Of a stretch of DNA of 64,000 nt, positions 59,879 to 64,000 are shown one piece after another. Source of the stretch: Spirulina sp. (GTDB taxonomy: Bacteria; Cyanobacteriota; Cyanobacteriia; Phormidesmidales; Phormidesmidaceae). Where the stretch lies: positions 64,001-128,000 of the forward strand of contig JBIPSI010000007.1 of assembly GCA_044070495.1 (NCBI GenBank), in the 5' to 3' direction. The stretch's first letter is position 1. Every line of letters starts with the position of its first letter. The notes under the pieces are model-generated. The model did not search any database. It was not told the DNA's origin and was given only the letters and a program-made list of their open reading frames with translations. The translations under genes and the position numbers were made by a program.

Positions 59879-62002
59879 TTGAAGCGTGTATTTAGAAAAC
59901 AGTCCCTAGTCGAAGCTCCTCTCCCAAGTGGGGCGGCTGAGACCATTGGGCTACTGGGAGTCTGCCGCCAGCAGGTTAACGCTCCGGTCAGCATGTTAGG
60001 TTTTGCATTATCGGTGGGGGCTACGGCCTCTGTGGTCTCGATGCCCGGTTTGGCCCTGGCCTCCGAAGGCTCCACGGTTGTGGTGTTGCCCGCTGTCGGT
60101 AGCTCCATGCAAGCCTCGGACACTGCGGCTCCCTTGAGCTTGTCCGCAGCGGGACAGACCGACTTCTATACGGTGAGCGAAGGCGACACCCTATGGCACA
60201 TTGCGGCTCGCCACCAAGCCGATGTCGATGCCATTAAAACCGTTAACGGAATTTCCCAGAACGATGTCCTGCACGAAGGGCAGGTGCTGCGCGTTCCCAC
60301 CGACAGCCTCACGACGACGGCTCCTGTAGGGGCTGTGGGGGGCGAAGACCTCGCCATGACTGACGATACCAGCGCTGTGGCCTTGCTCTCTGTCGATGCC
60401 CTGGAGCAGGGCTGGGTCACCCTAGGGGAAGAGTCTGCGACCCTGGATGACGAAGACCTAGAGGCCGATGCCGACGCCCTCGACGATGAAGCCCTGAGCC
60501 AAGAGGACGACGAAGCGGCTACCACCCTAGCCACGGCGGCTATCGAGTCTCCCTGGTCTGGGTCATCGGTAACGGAAGCCCTGAATCAAGCCCCAGATGT
60601 TTCCCCTGAGGCAGCAGCCACCGAGGAAACGGTGTCCTTGGCCGCAGCCCAGCCAGCCACCGCTGGCGCTGCGTCTAGCGGTTGGCAAGATGCCGCCGTG
60701 GACTTGGCGGCTGTTCCTGCGGATGAGGCATCGGCCCCAGGCCCGGCTCAACTGGCCAACGCCGAAACTGAATCTGAAGCGGTGTCGTCCGCTCAATCAC
60801 CCTCGGCCCTGCCCATGAGCATGGCACTCCACGATCCCAGCCAGCCCGTGGCCCCTCGGACGCTGGTGAAGCCTGAGTCCCGTCCTGTGGAAGCTGATTC
60901 CCAGGTCAGTGCGGCCCAGCCCACCCCAGTTGATTCAGCCGACACCTTGGCGGCTGCGGAAAGCAGCACCCCCGTTACGTCTGCAAGCTCCGCCCGTACC
61001 CGTGAGCAAGTGATCCAAGATCACCTGGCCCGCATCCGCGAATCCAATGGGGCGATGGTGAATCGGGACGAGCTGAATGAGCGTATTCGTCAGGCCCGTC
61101 TAGAGCTAGAGCGCAGCCGCACCGAGACCACCCCCCTCAGTTCTGGTCAGACCGCCCCCGCAGCTAGCCGTCCGATCACCCAAAGTTCGGCTCTGCTAGC
61201 CCGTGAATCGACCTTTGGGGCCGAACCTACGGCATCGGCACCCACCGCTACTACCCCCAACCGCATCGTGAGGGCCAGCGCCACGGAGCCTGTGCTCCCC
61301 AACCTGCCGAATCGGTTAGCTACGTCTGCGGCTACCCCAGCGGTAGAGGTTAATCGGCAAGGATGGACCGTGACCGATGCGGCCACCGAGGCCGAAGCTG
61401 CCCCCACCGAAGTTGCCGTAGCACCCCGGACGGCCCTACCCAACGAATCAGCGGCTGTCATCGACGCTCCAACCCTGGAAAATCGTCAGCTACTGGCGGC
61501 AGCTCCCCTAGGGGCAGAGGCCTATCGTCCCTTCCCCATGGTTGAAACGGGGCAAACGGTTTCCCCAGGTATGCCCATGCTGCCCGGATCCGATAGCTTC
61601 TTGCCTGAAGCTCCTAATCGGTTCAACGGCTATGTTTGGCCCGCCCGAGGCACCTTTACCTCTGGCTATGGCTGGCGCTGGGGCCGGATGCACCGTGGTA
61701 TTGACGTAGCTGGGCCTGTGGGTACGCCCATTGTTGCCGCAGCCAGCGGTGTTGTGGTTCGCTCCGGCTGGAACTCCGGCGGCTACGGCAACCTAGTGGA
61801 TATCCGCCACGCCGATGGTAGTCTCACCCGCTATGCTCACAACAGCCGTTTGCTGGTGCGAGAAGGTCAACAGGTAGCCCAGGGTCAACAAATTGCTGAG
61901 ATGGGCAGCACGGGCCGCAGCACAGGCCCTCACCTTCACTTTGAGATCCACCTCCCTGGCACAGGCACTGTCAACCCTATGGCCTACCTGCCTAGCCGCT
62001 AG
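59879..62002 (+). CDS. LysM + M23 peptidase (NlpD-like)
   Basis: LysM YTVSEGDTLWHIA; M23 WGRMHRGID, YAHN, MGSTGRSTGPHLHFEI; RBS AGGAGG. Confidence 0.92.
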   Translation: MKRVFRKQSLVEAPLPSGAAETIGLLGVCRQQVNAPVSMLGFALSVGATASVVSMPGLALASEGSTVVVLPAVGSSMQASDTAAPLSLSAAGQTDFYTVSEGDTLWHIAARHQADVDAIKTVNGISQNDVLHEGQVLRVPTDSLTTTAPVGAVGGEDLAMTDDTSAVALLSVDALEQGWVTLGEESATLDDEDLEADADALDDEALSQEDDEAATTLATAAIESPWSGSSVTEALNQAPDVSPEAAATEETVSLAAAQPATAGAASSGWQDAAVDLAAVPADEASAPGPAQLANAETESEAVSSAQSPSALPMSMALHDPSQPVAPRTLVKPESRPVEADSQVSAAQPTPVDSADTLAAAESSTPVTSASSARTREQVIQDHLARIRESNGAMVNRDELNERIRQARLELERSRTETTPLSSGQTAPAASRPITQSSALLARESTFGAEPTASAPTATTPNRIVRASATEPVLPNLPNRLATSAATPAVEVNRQGWTVTDAATEAEAAPTEVAVAPRTALPNESAAVIDAPTLENRQLLAAAPLGAEAYRPFPMVETGQTVSPGMPMLPGSDSFLPEAPNRFNGYVWPARGTFTSGYGWRWGRMHRGIDVAGPVGTPIVAAASGVVVRSGWNSGGYGNLVDIRHADGSLTRYAHNSRLLVREGQQVAQGQQIAEMGSTGRSTGPHLHFEIHLPGTGTVNPMAYLPSR

Positions 62003-62025
62003 ATAGGGGTTCCTTAGGTTCATGG

Positions 62026-62058
62026 ACAGGTTAGCTCTTCTGGGCTAGCCTGTTTTTT
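62026..62058 (+). terminator. Intrinsic terminator after the nlpD-like gene
   Basis: ACAGGTTAGC-loop-GCTAGCCTGT followed by a T run. Confidence 0.75.
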
Positions 62059-62121
62059 ATGAGGCTTGAATTCTGGGTGTTTGCTCCTAGGGTTTTGCAG
62101 AGCACTGGTGCAAGAATATGA

Positions 62122-62269
62122 CAGCAATTCTCATTTTGGTCAATTGGCCGTTCGCCCTGAGCCTGTCGAAGGGTGAAAAGGCTTGCTCCCTAAGGGAGCC
62201 ACTGCGTGAACGGCAGGTTCAGCCTGAGCGGTATTTTATTCACCAGTCTAGTCATACTGAGAATTGCTG
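62122..62269. mobile_element. 148-bp MITE with TIRs and near-perfect 9-bp target duplication
   Basis: CAGCAATTCTCA ... TGAGAATTGCTG flanked by AGAATATGA (62113-62121) and AGAATATTA (62270-62278). Confidence 0.78.
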
Positions 62270-62358
62270 AGAATATTATGTCTAGATCTTTGTGGCGATA
62301 GTTCTGTGATATATTTATTAACCGTGGGTTGAGTTTTATGAATTCAGCGCCATGCTAC

Positions 62359-62430
62359 GGCTCAGTAGCTCAGTGGTAGAGCAGGGGACTCATAAGCCCT
62401 TGGTCGCGTGTTCAAATCACGCCTGAGCCA
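62359..62430 (+). tRNA. trnM: tRNA-Met(CAT), probably elongator
   Basis: GGCTCAG acceptor stem pairs with CTGAGCC, D-arm AGCTCAGTGGTAGAGC, anticodon loop CTCATAA, T-loop GTTCAAATC; CCA not encoded. Confidence 0.92.
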
Positions 62431-62638
62431 TTCTTTAACGACAGCTAGTCACCTCAACACCCTTGATTTACTGGTGCTCTTAGGGGGCCGCGTTTTGCTA
62501 ACCCTTACCCATCCTTTCGTAGGCCCTGACTAATCTTGCTGATACTGACTAGCTGAACGGGGAATTTTAGGACGAATTGTAGGCTACCGAATAGCCAAGG
62601 GTAACTGAAGCAGACGAAGGACTCCTGCGGCGGTGTGG

Positions 62639-64000
62639 CTAGACGAGTCGGTTTTCCTCAATACAGTGCCGATACCAGTGAAAGCTGGCTTTGGGGATGC
62701 GTTGCTGGGTGGGGTAGTCTACGTAAACAAGGCCAAAGCGGCGATCATAGCCGTAGGCCCACTCAAAGTTATCGAGAAAACTCCAGAGATAGTAGCCCAG
62801 TAGCGGGTAGCCTTCCTGAATGGCGCGGTGGGCGGATTGCAGGTATTGGCGCAGGTAATGGATGCGGTCGAGGTCGAGCACTTCGCCCTGGGGGGTGAGG
62901 GTATCTTGGGTGGCGCAGCCGTTTTCGGCGATCACCATGGGCAGGTCGGGGCGGTTGAGGGTGTCGCTGATGTGGCGCACGCCCCAGTAGAGGCTATCGG
63001 GTACTAGGTGAAGCCAGGGTATATGCAGGCGGGGATAGCCCTGGGGAAAGGGCAGTACCTCGTAGCCCTGGGGGTGGTCTGCGGCCCGCACGTAGAGGCC
63101 GCTGTAGACGTTGTAGCCCAAGGCATCGAGGGGCTGATGGATAGTAGCGAGATCGTCGGGTTGGATATCGGGGGCCTCTGGGCCGAGGCGCTCTAGCAGG
63201 GCAGGGTGATAGGATCCGGTGAGGGCGGGAAAAATTACGCCGCCATTGGTGCCCACGGTGGCAAAGGCGGCCTGGGCAGCGGCGATGTCGGCGGGGGTGT
63301 CGGTGAGGGGCACCGTGGCCCTGTAGTTGTCTACGAGGGAAACCTGGCAGGGGCGGGGAGAGGCGGCGCGAATCGCTTGGCAGCCGAGGCCATGGGCCAG
63401 CAGGGCATGGTGGGAGGTTTGCCAAACCTCTTTCACGGTATTGACCACGGTGCCGGGGGCCATGGCGGGTACTTGGCCGACGCCGTAGCCGTTGTGGGTG
63501 AAGCACCAGATTTCGTTGAGGGTGGTCCAACGGTTGACCCGATCCCCCAGGTGTTTTACGGCCACGGTGGCGTAGTCTGCAAAGTCTTGGGCCATCTGCC
63601 GACTGCGCCAGGAACCGTAGGCATCCTCTAGGGCCTGGGGGCTATCCCAGTGAAACAGCGTCACCTGGGGGGTGATGTCGTAGCTGAGCAGGGTGTCTAC
63701 CAGCTCGTCGTAAAAGGCTAGTCCCTGGGCGTTCACCTGGCCCCGTCCCTCTGGCAAAAGGCGCGGCCAGGACAGGCTAAAGCGATAGTGGCGCACCCCT
63801 AGTTCTGCCATCAGGGCGATGTCTTCCCGAAACCGGGCCAGGTGATCGCAGGCGATGGCTCCGGTGTCGCCCTTCAAAACTCGGCCTGGGGTTTGGCTGA
63901 AGGTATCCCAAATGCTGATCCCCCGTGCCGCTGCGGCCCCTTCGATTTGGTAGGCGGAGGTGGCGACGCCCCATTGAAAGCCCGATGGAAAGGTGTAGAA
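62639..64000 (-). CDS. GH1 beta-glucosidase (5' end outside the window)
   Basis: FPSGFQWGVATSAYQIEG at the window edge, YRFSLSWPR, TLFHWD, TLNE, IAENG, WSFLDNFEW. Confidence 0.93.
   Translation of the reverse strand, partial: FYTFPSGFQWGVATSAYQIEGAAAARGISIWDTFSQTPGRVLKGDTGAIACDHLARFREDIALMAELGVRHYRFSLSWPRLLPEGRGQVNAQGLAFYDELVDTLLSYDITPQVTLFHWDSPQALEDAYGSWRSRQMAQDFADYATVAVKHLGDRVNRWTTLNEIWCFTHNGYGVGQVPAMAPGTVVNTVKEVWQTSHHALLAHGLGCQAIRAASPRPCQVSLVDNYRATVPLTDTPADIAAAQAAFATVGTNGGVIFPALTGSYHPALLERLGPEAPDIQPDDLATIHQPLDALGYNVYSGLYVRAADHPQGYEVLPFPQGYPRLHIPWLHLVPDSLYWGVRHISDTLNRPDLPMVIAENGCATQDTLTPQGEVLDLDRIHYLRQYLQSAHRAIQEGYPLLGYYLWSFLDNFEWAYGYDRRFGLVYVDYPTQQRIPKASFHWYRHCIEENRLV

Noticed and set aside
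62359..62430. Initiator tRNA-fMet or lysidine tRNA-Ile2
   Set aside because: Paired G1-C72 excludes fMet; the sequence resembles cyanobacterial elongator Met more than Ile2, though Ile2 is not fully excluded
62431..62638. Prophage or integrative element at tRNA-Met
   Set aside because: No integrase and no duplicated tRNA 3' end visible in the window

Overview
64 kb of chromosome from a GC-rich cyanobacterium, probably a Leptolyngbya/Nodosilinea-like filamentous strain (split dnaE, cyanobacterial gshA, NblB-like and PSI-accumulation genes). It is mostly housekeeping: pntA, hisG, rimK, dnaE-c, glyS, ychF, rsmE, dnaX, rnhA, gshA, trmL, an nlpD-like gene, tRNA-Met and a GH1 glucosidase. Accessory content includes a caspase-STAND protein, two FG-GAP surface proteins (one a 3422-aa adhesin), an AT-richer toxin-antitoxin patch and many short palindromic repeats and MITEs. 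Highlights: (1) an AT-richer six-gene cobalt-type nitrile hydratase island (cobW-DUF1097-beta-alpha-activator-hupE/ureJ) with no amidase, next to an IS5 remnant and preceded by an NtcA class II-like promoter; (2) a 43-aa ORF missing from the ORF track, with a strong RBS and two perfect NtcA boxes; (3) a 57-aa out-of-frame CxCGCG ORF nested in the DnaX mini-intein; (4) MITE shells with target-site duplications that carry different palindromic cargos; (5) no HIP1 seen by eye, while CCCTAGGG recurs. All family assignments come from motif recognition, not database searches.
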